Source: Candidatus Poribacteria bacterium
GTDB taxonomy: Bacteria > Poribacteria > WGA-4E > PCPOR2b
Reading direction: 5' to 3'
Length of the DNA stretch: 64,000 nucleotides
Assembly (NCBI GenBank): GCA_965215015.1
Contig: OZ244042.1
Location: forward strand, 2,656,001 to 2,720,000
Position 1 is the first letter of the stretch. Each line of letters starts with the position of its first letter. A program made the translations under genes and the position numbers. Positions 38,124 to 47,640 of this stretch are shown one piece after another. Below the pieces are notes generated by a model. The model was not told the DNA's origin, made no database searches, and saw nothing but the letters and a program-made list of their open reading frames with translations.

Positions 38124-39062
38124 TTAACCGAGACGTAAAATGGTGCCCTTTGATCCAACAATCCAAGCGTGCGTCTTATACAGATAGATGTCCAAAAGGT
38201 GCCATGCCGCCTCATTCGGTTGAGGCGACCACGTCCCCCCGGCATCGGTGGTATGCAGAATCAGGCCATCTTCACCAACCGCCCAACCCTGTTTGGAATC
38301 TCGGAATGCAACGCCGCGCAAGGTTTTCGGTGTACCACTTTTCTGGGAATTCCAGTTTGCACCACCATCAATCGTGTGTAAAATCAACCCATCCGTTCCA
38401 ACGATCCAACCGTTTTGTGGGTTGACAAAATAGACGCCGAGCAGCGATTGTTCAGTATCGGCCTGCTGTTCACGCCAGATCTCGCCGCCGTTATTCGTGT
38501 GGAGGATCGTCCCCTCCTTACCGACAGCCCAGCCGTACTTAGCATCAGCAAAATGGACAGCCCACAGATGCGGTGCCGGCGGTGAATTTTGGCGACTCCA
38601 CGAACCCCCACCGTTATTTGTGTGAAGGATGACGCCCCCGCCGCCCACTGCCCAACCCTCTGTTTCATCTACGAAATGAATGTCGAGCAAACCACTGTCC
38701 GTGTGGCTTTTTTGCGCTGTCCACGATTTGCCCCCGCTGCCCGTATAGTGGATCTGCCCTCTGATACTGACCGCCCAACCATTGTTGGGGGTGGAGAAGT
38801 GCACCTTATTGAGCGCGTTTGGAGTAATCGCTTTTTGCGGCGAGCGTACCTGCCACTTCAAACCACCATCCTCTGTGAATAGCACCAAACCATCCGTACC
38901 AACTGCCCAACCGCGTTTGGAATCTACAAAGTGAACACCGTACAGGTGTGCCTCTGTTCCCGATTCGATCTGTTGCCAACCCGTCGGCGTCTTGTCGCCG
39001 TCACAACCGAAGTAGCTGACAATACAGACGCAGGTAATGAGTGTATGAATGTATTTCCTCAA
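38124..39062 (-). CDS. YCF48-like/BNR beta-propeller lipoprotein
   Basis: Seven GWAVG..G.IL.T.DGG..W-type repeats; lipobox YFGC. Confidence 0.9.
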   Translation of the reverse strand: MRKYIHTLITCVCIVSYFGCDGDKTPTGWQQIESGTEAHLYGVHFVDSKRGWAVGTDGLVLFTEDGGLKWQVRSPQKAITPNALNKVHFSTPNNGWAVSIRGQIHYTGSGGKSWTAQKSHTDSGLLDIHFVDETEGWAVGGGGVILHTNNGGGSWSRQNSPPAPHLWAVHFADAKYGWAVGKEGTILHTNNGGEIWREQQADTEQSLLGVYFVNPQNGWIVGTDGLILHTIDGGANWNSQKSGTPKTLRGVAFRDSKQGWAVGEDGLILHTTDAGGTWSPQPNEAAWHLLDIYLYKTHAWIVGSKGTILRLG

Positions 39063-39126
39063 GATCTCTCCTCCTCAATTTTATAGAATTGAGTTTATAC
39101 CCGTGCAAATTTCGTGACAACTTCGA

Positions 39127-39362
39127 TAGGTTCCGTTGATATTTGACGGATTGGACTAATCCTAATACTTAAGATGATTTCGTACTGCTGGCGGTTGATT
39201 TTCCAAAATCGACAATACCTAGAACATAACGCGATAGCATTTTGTCGAGATATGAATCTGGACATACAGGTTCTGTTACCATGACAGATTGAGCCAGTCT
39301 CCGTTCCGAGAGTCTACGACCCAATGGGCTTGGACTGATTAACGAGATGTCAACACTCCCTA
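39127..39362. mobile_element. MITE-like element (TAGGTTCCGTTGAYATTTGACG...ATGTCAACAC..CCTA family)
   Basis: Same ends as 62010-62078; internal segment shared with 59731-59972. Confidence 0.6.
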
Positions 39363-39565
39363 GTAACGTCCGGTCCAAGCTATCCTGTGATGTGGCGCAT
39401 GACTCATTCCAGTGGGCCTCGGCTGAATCGTTTTATCGAAATAATGAGAGAATATGGCTGCGTATATACAAAATATATCGGTTACGGCTACCCGTGGACC
39501 GGCGCGCCTCATTCGTTAATTGAACCAGAACTAAAAAAATCTTCTGTGTCATCTGGCGTTTTCGC

Positions 39566-39883
39566 TTATGCTTTACGAGTTGAATCCAAATCAAGCCTAT
39601 CGTCCCCTTTGACGTTTTGCATGGCGCGAGAGCCAGTTTCAGGTATAACCACCCTCTGTTTCGGTGGATCAGGAAGTAAATATACCTTTTCAGACTTAGT
39701 TTCAGACCTAGTGCACAGATAAGGTCGCGAAAAGCAGAAATACACAATCCCCGAAGTTACCAATACCAAAAATAAAACGATTCCCATTGCGATAAACAGA
39801 GGAGAACGAAGCTCCTTTATTTCTTCTCGCCAAGGTTTCCAACCCTTCCCTGTTCTATCCCGCCAATCGTAGAAGATAGGCAT
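39566..39883 (-). CDS. Hypothetical single-TM protein (ORF open to 39970)
   Basis: AGGAGG SD before ATG 39883; one hydrophobic helix. Confidence 0.6.
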   Translation of the reverse strand: MPIFYDWRDRTGKGWKPWREEIKELRSPLFIAMGIVLFLVLVTSGIVYFCFSRPYLCTRSETKSEKVYLLPDPPKQRVVIPETGSRAMQNVKGDDRLDLDSTRKA

Positions 39884-40174
39884 TTTATACCTCCTTTTAA
39901 TATCACCAAATGTTGTAGAGTTTTTCGATAGGCGCGGTTTTCCAACGGGACAAAACACGTTTGATCGCATTGCTTCAGGACAGACACACCGATTCCAATC
40001 AGCACTATAAAGGTTAGGGTAACCCTTTCCTAAAAAAATAGTGTGGCGAATGGAAGCCAGCTTTTTTAGTACCTATGCTAAAATTGACGCCAACACCATT
40101 CCAAACACCGAAAGTGATTGAGCAAAATCGTAACCGGCGATACGTGTGCTCGTCCGATTGTTCCCGTCTGAACA

Positions 40175-41383
40175 CTAAATCTTTTCCCCAATTCGCATCA
40201 ATCTATCGGCTGCCTCACGTAATGTCGCTTCGTCTTTGCTAAACATAAATCGCAGCTTCGTTCGGCCAAGTTCCGGACGACTATAGAAACTTGACCCAGG
40301 CACTCCACCTACCCCAATCTCCTTCACAAGCCAATGTGCACATTCGGTATCATCTGAAAAGCCAAAATTGCTGATGTCGGTCATGATATAGTACGCGCCT
40401 TCGGGAATATAGCACTGAAACCCCGCTTTCCTCAACAGCGTTGAAAACAGTTTGCGATTGTCATCATACCTTTTGACCAGTTCCCGGTAGTATTTCTGCC
40501 CCAATTGAAGCGCAACCACCCCCGCCCGCTGTAACGGGTGTGGTGCACCAACCGTCAAGAAATCGTGCATCTTGCGGATGGCGTTTGCCAGATATTCGGG
40601 CGCGATCACGTAGCCGAGTCGCCAGCCGGTCATTGAGTAGGTTTTGCTCAATCCTGAAACGGTGATTGTTCGATTTCGCATCTCTGGCAGAGAGCCAATG
40701 CTGATATGCGGACGTTCGTCGTAGATCATATGTTCATAGATCTCGTCCGTCACAGCGAGGCAGTCAAACTCACAGCATAGCGCAGCGATTTCTTTCAATT
40801 CTTCGTGGGTGAACACTTTTCCGATCGGATTACTGGGTGTATTCAAAACAATCGCCTTCGTGTTTTTGCTGAAGGCGGCCCGCAGCTCATCGGGATCGTA
40901 GGTGAAAATATCGCCCCTTCCCGGACAGCGTGTCTCTCGCAACGGCACGTAGATGGGTGTCGCCCCAGAGATAATCGTATCGGGTCCGTAGTTCTCATAG
41001 AACGGCTCAAAGATTACGATTTCATCGCCCGGATTGATAATTGCCAGCAGCGACGCCATCATCCCCTCTGTTGAGCCACAGGTGACGGTGACGTTTCGAT
41101 CCGGATCCGTCGGAATGCCGTTAAACGTTGTGACCTTGTGAGCAATTGCCTCACGGAATCTCGGCGTCCCCCAAGTGATACTGTATTGGTTGTAGCCAGC
41201 GTGGATGGCGTCAATTGCGGCTGCCTTGACTTCATCGGGCGGTTCAAATCCGGGTGTCCCTTGCGACAGATTAATTGCATCATAACGGTTGCAGAGCTGC
41301 GTCATGCCCCGGATAACCGACTCAGTAAACAGAGTCGATTTGTGTGAGAGCATCGGTTTTGAAGTTGAGAATCCGTTTTCCAT
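40175..41383 (-). CDS. PLP-dependent aminotransferase class I/II
   Basis: NLSQG.P, NTPSNP.G, DEIY, SKTYS.TGWRLG. Confidence 0.93.
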   Translation of the reverse strand: MENGFSTSKPMLSHKSTLFTESVIRGMTQLCNRYDAINLSQGTPGFEPPDEVKAAAIDAIHAGYNQYSITWGTPRFREAIAHKVTTFNGIPTDPDRNVTVTCGSTEGMMASLLAIINPGDEIVIFEPFYENYGPDTIISGATPIYVPLRETRCPGRGDIFTYDPDELRAAFSKNTKAIVLNTPSNPIGKVFTHEELKEIAALCCEFDCLAVTDEIYEHMIYDERPHISIGSLPEMRNRTITVSGLSKTYSMTGWRLGYVIAPEYLANAIRKMHDFLTVGAPHPLQRAGVVALQLGQKYYRELVKRYDDNRKLFSTLLRKAGFQCYIPEGAYYIMTDISNFGFSDDTECAHWLVKEIGVGGVPGSSFYSRPELGRTKLRFMFSKDEATLREAADRLMRIGEKI

Positions 41384-41398
41384 GTTAATCCCACCGCC

Positions 41399-42457
41399 CT
41401 ATGGCTGCATTGACTCGCCACGAAGTAAGAACGCGCGGATGTCATATCTGCCCGGACGTTCAACCGGCAAGTCGCCGCTCTCAATCATCGCTTCAAGGGG
41501 TGAGGCGTGGGTACGGACCGGCATCTGCACCACTTCGTGCAGCCGTGCGGAGTCGTAGATTGCCATGATAATCTCCACAGCGGCACGTCCGTTTATCGCT
41601 TCGCCGCGATGGCCGCTTCTCCCTTCGATCCACGAGATCAGCTCCCGTACTTGTGCCACGGAAGGATTTTCTCCCTCCGCTCGGCGGTCTTCCCACTCTG
41701 TCCGCTTGCTGTTGAGCAGGAGGACTCGTTGTTCGGTCAAATCTATAATACCGTCGGAACCGTAGATAATCCCACCTTGATAATTGGGGCCCGCAATCTC
41801 CTGAAGCAGCAGTCCGATACAACCGCCTTGGAAGCCAATAATCCCCGCACTCCGGTCCTCAATCGGTATATCTCGCTCGTAACGTTCCGTCTTGCGTTCA
41901 ATGTTGCCAATGACCCACTCGGCATCTGGATCACCGAGGACATAGCGCATCATGTCGAACAGATGCGAGCAGTCGTTCAGGAGACCTTGACCCCCTTTGC
42001 ACACAATTTGGCGAGGCTCCCCTATCGCACCGTTGGCAATGAGCTGACGGGCATCTGTCCAAACCGGGTTGAACCGGCGTTGATGTGCGATCGCAACCTT
42101 GACATTGTTTCGCTGTGCTGCAATCAGCATCTCGTCACAATCGCCGAGATTGGTTGCCATCGGTTTCTCGCAGAGCACCGCTCTCGGTTTCCGGGCGCAG
42201 GCGGCGATTGTCATGGGGGCGTGGAGCCTGTGCCATGTCGCAACACTCACAATATCAAGATTCTCCTTGTCGAGCATCTCGCGGACGTCGAGATAACGGG
42301 TCTGGATGTTATGGCGTTCCCCGAAATCGTTCAACGCATCTTCAACGGGATCGGCAATAGCGACGATTTCGACTTCCTCAACACCTCGATAGCCGTGTAC
42401 ATGCAGCCCTGCGATGCTGCCACAACCGATAATTCCAACACGATATTTATCTGACAT
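41399..42457 (-). CDS. Gfo/Idh/MocA oxidoreductase
   Basis: IIGCGSIA, CEKPMA, HQRRF. Confidence 0.9.
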   Translation of the reverse strand: MSDKYRVGIIGCGSIAGLHVHGYRGVEEVEIVAIADPVEDALNDFGERHNIQTRYLDVREMLDKENLDIVSVATWHRLHAPMTIAACARKPRAVLCEKPMATNLGDCDEMLIAAQRNNVKVAIAHQRRFNPVWTDARQLIANGAIGEPRQIVCKGGQGLLNDCSHLFDMMRYVLGDPDAEWVIGNIERKTERYERDIPIEDRSAGIIGFQGGCIGLLLQEIAGPNYQGGIIYGSDGIIDLTEQRVLLLNSKRTEWEDRRAEGENPSVAQVRELISWIEGRSGHRGEAINGRAAVEIIMAIYDSARLHEVVQMPVRTHASPLEAMIESGDLPVERPGRYDIRAFLLRGESMQP

Positions 42458-42710
42458 ATTGTTGATTCCTTCCTGAATTAGCACGAGTTGCTACTTGTTG
42501 TTTCGATGCCTGTCTGAATCATGAAACGTAAGAAGTGCATTAGGGGTTCATTGGTTCATTTAACCCCAATGAGGTAAGCAGCTTGCACTATCAATGGGCA
42601 AATAGTAGGTACACTGCACCGTGTCATAATTTGCACAAGGGTTGCGGCACATAACTTTGAATTCCGATCCATCGGGACGGGACATGCCTACTACTAGCAA
42701 CTTGGGTTAA

Positions 42711-43718
42711 TTAGGTGACTTTGACCAGTTGCTTGCCAATATTGCTTCCCTTCAACATCCCGATAAATGCGGCGGGGGCGTTCTCAAATCCTTCCGTAAT
42801 CTCCTCTCTGTATTTCAGTTTTCCAGCCTGAATCCACTCCGCCATCTGTCGAAGCCCGTCGTCGTGTTTGTCCGCAAACTCAAAGACGAGAAATCCCTCT
42901 ATCTTCGCCCGTTTGACGATGAGGTGCCACAGAAAACGCGGCCCCATTTCCGGATTTTCCAGATTATACTGGGAAATCTGACCGCAGATTGCCACCCGCG
43001 CTTTCACGTTGATCAACGGAAAGACCGCATCGGTAATCGTACCACCGACGTTGTCAAAATAAGTGTCAATCCCGCCCGGACACTGCTCGGCTAGCTTTGC
43101 GCCGTAATCCTCGACCGCCTTATAGTTGAATGCAGCATCAAAGCCGAGTTCGTCCACGACGTAATCCACCTTCTCATCGCTGCCGGTGCTGCCTACTGCG
43201 CGGCAACCCTTTATCTTGGCGATCTGCCCCACCAAAGAACCGACCGCTCCTGCTGCTGCGGACACAAAAACCGTTTCCCCCGGCTGTGGATCACAGATCT
43301 CCAATAAGCCGAAGTATGCGGTCAGCCCCGGCATACCGAGAATCCCTAAAGCTGTCGATATAGGGGCGAGGGTTGGATCTACTTTCCGGAGATTGCTCCC
43401 GTTGGATACTCCGTACTCTTGCCAGCCTAATCCGCCGGCAGCGATATCTCCCACTTGAAAGTCTGAGTTATTAGAAGCGACAACTTCGCCAACAATGCTG
43501 CCGACCATCACTTCGCCGATCTGTACGTTTGGGGCATAAGAGGCTCTGTCGTTCATCCGGCCGCGCATGTATGGGTCCACAGACAGGTAATTGGTATGTA
43601 CAAGCACCTCCCCATCTTTGGGAACCGGAATCGGCTCGGTCACTAGGTCAAAATCTGACGGTTTTGGATAGCCAACGGGCCTTGCAGCTAAAGTGAATTT
43701 TCGATTGATGTTTGACAT
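42711..43718 (-). CDS. NADP-dependent oxidoreductase (prostaglandin reductase/CurA-like MDR)
   Basis: LSVDPYMRGRM, GMPGLTAY.GL, AAAGAVG, YFDNVGG, CGQISQYN. Confidence 0.93.
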   Translation of the reverse strand: MSNINRKFTLAARPVGYPKPSDFDLVTEPIPVPKDGEVLVHTNYLSVDPYMRGRMNDRASYAPNVQIGEVMVGSIVGEVVASNNSDFQVGDIAAGGLGWQEYGVSNGSNLRKVDPTLAPISTALGILGMPGLTAYFGLLEICDPQPGETVFVSAAAGAVGSLVGQIAKIKGCRAVGSTGSDEKVDYVVDELGFDAAFNYKAVEDYGAKLAEQCPGGIDTYFDNVGGTITDAVFPLINVKARVAICGQISQYNLENPEMGPRFLWHLIVKRAKIEGFLVFEFADKHDDGLRQMAEWIQAGKLKYREEITEGFENAPAAFIGMLKGSNIGKQLVKVT

Positions 43719-43747
43719 TGAAATAATTTCCTCCGAAAAAGGGGTTC

Positions 43748-43898
43748 GCTCATATTAAGAAATCGTGTAAAGCCCCCGAATTTTGCCGAAAAAACTCAAG
43801 GGCAAATACCAATCGTGTTGGACTCTGGTGTTTAGTGAATTGAGCCAAGACGGTTGCGCGATGTCCCGGGTATCTTTGCACTCTCTTTTCACATGAGC
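43748..43898. mobile_element. MITE-like element (GCTCAT..AAGAAATC / TTTT.ACATGAGC ends)
   Basis: Inverted relative of 53017-53104; shared internal AGCCCCCGA..CCGAAAAAACTC hairpin. Confidence 0.65.
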
Positions 43899-43919
43899 CA
43901 AGGGATTTTGGGGAATCGT

Positions 43920-44381
43920 TCAGATGCCGTCCTTTTGGCACTCGGCACAGTATCCCAAAATCTCATTTCTATATTTTACCGGCTTGAACTGGTGTGTTTT
44001 GCAAACGTCTTCTTGGAGCGCGTCAATCTCCAGGCTTTCAAACTCAATGATACTGCTACATCGCAGGCAGATTAGATGGGCGTGCTCTTGGCGTGAATGG
44101 ATGTGTTCATAATGCGACTGTTTCTGTGCATCAATCACCTCCGTCAGCAGCCCACTTTTGACAAGAAGCGGTAACGTCCGATAGATCGTCGCACGCGAAG
44201 CTGTATATCCATTTTGGCGCATCCGCATCAACAGATCATCCGCACGGAAATGATCATCGTAAGCGAAGACCTGTTCGAGGATGTTGCGCCGCTCCGCTGT
44301 GAGTCGGAGCGCATTGCTTTCAAGGTATTTGCTGAATTTTTGAATAATCTGTGATTGAATTGTTTGCTTGTTTTCTTGCAT
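43920..44381 (-). CDS. fur: Fur family transcriptional repressor
   Basis: LRLT..R, ATIYRTL, H.HLIC..C, G.C..C. Confidence 0.88.
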   Translation of the reverse strand: MQENKQTIQSQIIQKFSKYLESNALRLTAERRNILEQVFAYDDHFRADDLLMRMRQNGYTASRATIYRTLPLLVKSGLLTEVIDAQKQSHYEHIHSRQEHAHLICLRCSSIIEFESLEIDALQEDVCKTHQFKPVKYRNEILGYCAECQKDGI

Positions 44382-44613
44382 AATAAAGATCTCCTTACTT
44401 ATTAGTGAGGAATGCTTTCGGAACAAATGAGATTTGCCCTTGTCGTTAGAGTTGACGGTACAGATGATCTTCTTTGCCTATCAAGAATCGACTTGGGGAT
44501 TGCTGGTTGTTCTTCTGGATATCGCTCGACGAGTGCCTTAGCGACCCATAGTCATGAGCAACCCTTTTTGATAGTTTCGACGGATTGTTTAGGTAATTAG
44601 TTGTTCCGAACAT

Positions 44614-44631
44614 GAATAATAATCGTTATTC
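44614..44631. promoter_or_regulatory. Candidate Fur-family operator
   Basis: GAATAATAATCGTTATTC inverted repeat resembling the Fur box, upstream of fur. Confidence 0.35.
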
Positions 44632-44678
44632 CCCACTAAGGACAGGTATCTCTAGTTAACTATAGATATTATTCTAAC

Positions 44679-44760
44679 TGTCTGAATCAGGATTCTCAGG
44701 ATTTGAAGATTTTGAGGATTTAGGGTGTTCATTTGAACCCCTAATCCTGAGAATCCTGAT
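44679..44760. repeat. AGGATT-rich palindromic element
   Basis: TGTCTGAATCAGGATTCTCAGGATT...AATCCTGAGAATCCTGAT; same family as 62471-62681. Confidence 0.75.
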
Positions 44761-44821
44761 GCACCTTCTGGTTCTGAAACGCACAGGCTTTGAATGTTGA
44801 CAAATCCCAAAGGAGACCATC

Positions 44822-45406
44822 ATGAATCCATTAGCAGTGAAACATAACACGATTGTAAACTCTCGGGCGGCAGGCGTCTGCCGCCACAAGGACACGCTTG
44901 ATGAAAAGGGGCGCATCCGTATCGTTGTGGCGTGGGATGCACTCTCGGAAAACACCAAGACAGCTTATCAGAAGGCGTATAAACGGTTTGATAGCCGTGG
45001 CGTGGTGGTTGAATCGCTTGATGATGAATCGCTTGCCCTGTGCATCTCGCAACTGGACACTGAAGGGCTGTCGCCTGCCACGCTCTCTCTTACTGTCGCT
45101 TCGGTCAAGTGGTATTTCAAACATATCATGCGCTCTCCAGCCAGATGGACAACCACTGATAAGCGGCTGATCACCATCAAGCGTGATACTCAGAACAGGG
45201 GCAATGGTCAAGTCGACGGTCTTTCGTGGGCGGATGTGGATTTCGTGTGCAGGTTCGCTGAATCATCAAAAAGCATCAAGGGCTATCGGGATTCTGCATT
45301 GATACGGCTCATGAGTGATTGCTTACTTCGTATCAGTGAAGCGGTGGCGGTCAACGTCGAGGATATCCAAGAAAATGCCTTAATCGTCCAGTCGAGTAAC
45401 TTGTAG
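44822..45406 (+). pseudogene. Truncated tyrosine recombinase (Cre-like integrase)
   Basis: SENT..AY core-binding domain, RD.ALI.L...LLRISEA; ends before the K, HxxR and Tyr motifs. Confidence 0.8.
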
Positions 45407-45580
45407 TAATTGTCTCATCAACTTGACCCCTCCCCTATGTTCCCATTCACTTCTAAATTTCTCGGTATCAGAGTAAACAATTTTGCCGTTTTTTCGATGC
45501 AACCAATACCACACAGGCTCCATATCTTCGTCTCGATCTTTAAATTTAGTGAGACTGTTAGCATCCAAAATAAGACACAT
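45380..45580 (-). pseudogene. Truncated protein with PIN-like N-terminus (MCLILDAN)
   Basis: Starts 2 nt after the ATPase stop; 3' end collides with the integrase fragment. Confidence 0.45.
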
Positions 45581-45582
45581 AA

Positions 45583-46250
45583 CTAATCCTCAAAACCCAT
45601 GAGGTGGCTGGTTTCTTTCATGAAAAATTCTCCGTAATGCACCGGGAACCCCTTCATATTAGCCATCTTATCAAAACTGATATTATGCACCTTGACAACA
45701 CGCCCCTTTGGTTCCAAATATATCAACGATACATCTTCGGGGCAGATATTACCTTTCCTGATTTCAATCCGCGCCCGGTCAATCATATAGTCGCTGTGTG
45801 TTTCAACGATGAACGCCAACCTCAGCTTACTCGATCTAGCCAGTAAAGAGGAGAGTGCCGCCTGTGCCCTCGGGTGTAGATGGACTTCGGGCTGTTGTAA
45901 TAAGAAGAAAGGCTTTTCCATCAGCGGCCCGCGAGGAATAGGCGGATCTAAACTATTCACTAAAATTGGCAGAATTTGACTGACACCGTAACCGACATCA
46001 ACAATATTAGAATTAGGTCCCCTCACCTTGACCTTCAGTTGAAATGGGTTGCCCATAGATCCACCAAGGTTTTTAACCTCTATGTTCTGAAACAGACCCG
46101 AATGCTTACCAAATTCGACCAACTGCGTTTTTAGACCTTCCCACCTCTCTTTGTCAGTCGCTTGCATCTGCATTAACAGCATTGGTACATCACTCCCCTC
46201 AGGAGCATAAAATTCCCTCGTCGGGTCATACGTCCGTTTCGGGCGTGAGC
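45583..46250 (-). pseudogene. C-terminal half of an AAA_21-type ABC ATPase (no Walker A)
   Basis: RSRPKRTY, VG.GVSQILP, QQPEVHLHP, VETHSD. Confidence 0.8.
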
Positions 46251-46628
46251 GAAGTTGTGTGCTGGACTTTAATCCAGGGTTCTGCTTTAATTTGCTGGCT
46301 TATACTAACATCTCCAACTTGTCTCGTAACAGCCCTTCCATTTACCAAAGCTCGTCGCAATTTTACGTCTTTTAACCATTCATCACGATACCTAGTAACT
46401 ACTGAAGCGGTCAACTGGCACCCAAAGCCACCTTTGATTTGTGTGTCGTTATGGCACACAAGACAAAGAACGGCCAGATTTTCAACAACGTTGTTACTTG
46501 GATTCGCATCAATGTGATGAATTTGTACTGGTTTTCCTCTTTCTCTACAATACACAACAAATTCGATCTGATATAAATAATACTTCTGCCCTTAAGTTAT
46601 CGGGGATGGCGGTTCGTTGTTTTGCCAT
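46226..46628 (-). pseudogene. Frameshifted HNH endonuclease
   Basis: MAKQRTAIP...DRICCV | CRE...QIHHID..PSNN..ENL..LC..CH; one extra base near 46551. Confidence 0.75.
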
Positions 46629-46732
46629 AAGCATCGCAGAAATGTTATAACTTTTCACTCTGCTGCCCCTCAATGAAGGCTCCAGCGATACTGTTTACCT
46701 TCGTCTTTTCGGTTCTTAATTTTCCGGGACAT

Positions 46733-47257
46733 TCAAACCGCTTCAGTTTTCCGCTCCATAGCGAGCAGTTTCCGTTTCCAGTGCAACCCACCCGCATAAC
46801 CGCCGAGCCCCCCGTCGCTACGGACGACACGATGGCATGGCACAATAATCGCCAGTGGATTGGCACCCATCGCCCCGCCAACCGCTCGCACTGCGTTCGG
46901 CTTGCCAATCTCCCGCGCAATCCAACCGTAGCTTTGGACTTGACCGTAAGGAATCTGAAGAGCCGTCTCCCAAACGCGCTGCTGAAACGGCGTCCCGGCA
47001 CCTAAATCAAGTTTGATGTCAAAATCAACTGGAGCCCTATCGAAGTATTGTGTCAGCAACTCTGCCGTGTTCAATAGTTCCGGATCAGAGGGGTTGGGCG
47101 TGAGTGGATGTAACCCCCGTTTGCCGTGCGAGCCATTGCGGAGGCGATCTGTTATAGCTGCGTCTGTTGGCGCACCAAAGGTAACGCGAGCAATCCCTCG
47201 GTCAGATCTCGCAATACCGACCCAGCCGAACTTCGATTCAAAGCAGGTATAGTTCAT
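46733..47257 (-). CDS. ogt: Methylated-DNA--protein-cysteine methyltransferase
   Basis: GTPFQ..VW, IPYG, RAVG, NP..IIVPCHRV, GGY.GG. Confidence 0.93.
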   Translation of the reverse strand: MNYTCFESKFGWVGIARSDRGIARVTFGAPTDAAITDRLRNGSHGKRGLHPLTPNPSDPELLNTAELLTQYFDRAPVDFDIKLDLGAGTPFQQRVWETALQIPYGQVQSYGWIAREIGKPNAVRAVGGAMGANPLAIIVPCHRVVRSDGGLGGYAGGLHWKRKLLAMERKTEAV

Positions 47258-47262
47258 AGCGG

Positions 47263-47496
47263 TTATACAGCCGTCCCAAGCTCGGCACCTTCGCCTGTTG
47301 GAATCGACTCTCCTTCAACTTCAATCCTCACCCATTCACGACTGAGGAGATCAAATAGAGCCATCACCTCCTGCCGCTGCGTGAGACTATCAAGCGGCAC
47401 CTCAAAGGTGAGTGTCGCAAACTCCTCCTTCTGTACATCGCCCTCCTTGTTGAATTTAACAGGAGTAATCTGAATCTTTTTTAACTTTGCATCCAT
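47263..47496 (-). CDS. Small acidic hypothetical protein
   Basis: AAGGAGG SD; ends 5 nt before the ogt start. Confidence 0.7.
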   Translation of the reverse strand: MDAKLKKIQITPVKFNKEGDVQKEEFATLTFEVPLDSLTQRQEVMALFDLLSREWVRIEVEGESIPTGEGAELGTAV

Positions 47497-47527
47497 AGGC
47501 TTGTTGCCTCCTTAAAAATTTGGTTTT

Positions 47528-47634
47528 AGGACTTACGCAGTTGAATACCTCAATGCTTGCAATGGTGATTCATCCTCCGTAATTCGTACGGAACGCAGAT
47601 CTGCGTTCCCTACAACCTGAAGTGCGTAAGTCCT
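47528..47634. mobile_element. MITE-like element with 12-bp TIR AGGACTTACGCA, containing REP palindrome copy 3 (47586-47613)
   Basis: Perfect TIR AGGACTTACGCA/TGCGTAAGTCCT. Confidence 0.75.
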
Positions 47635-47640
47635 GGTCTG

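Noticed and set aside
41507-42454. 315-aa plus-strand ORF (also 29043-29741, 35356-36015, 53194-53793)
   Set aside because: Antisense shadows of well-supported genes, with no motifs
44674-44958. 94-aa ORF ending NPENPDSDS (also 51370-51681)
   Set aside because: Derived from repeat elements or antisense to the integrase fragment
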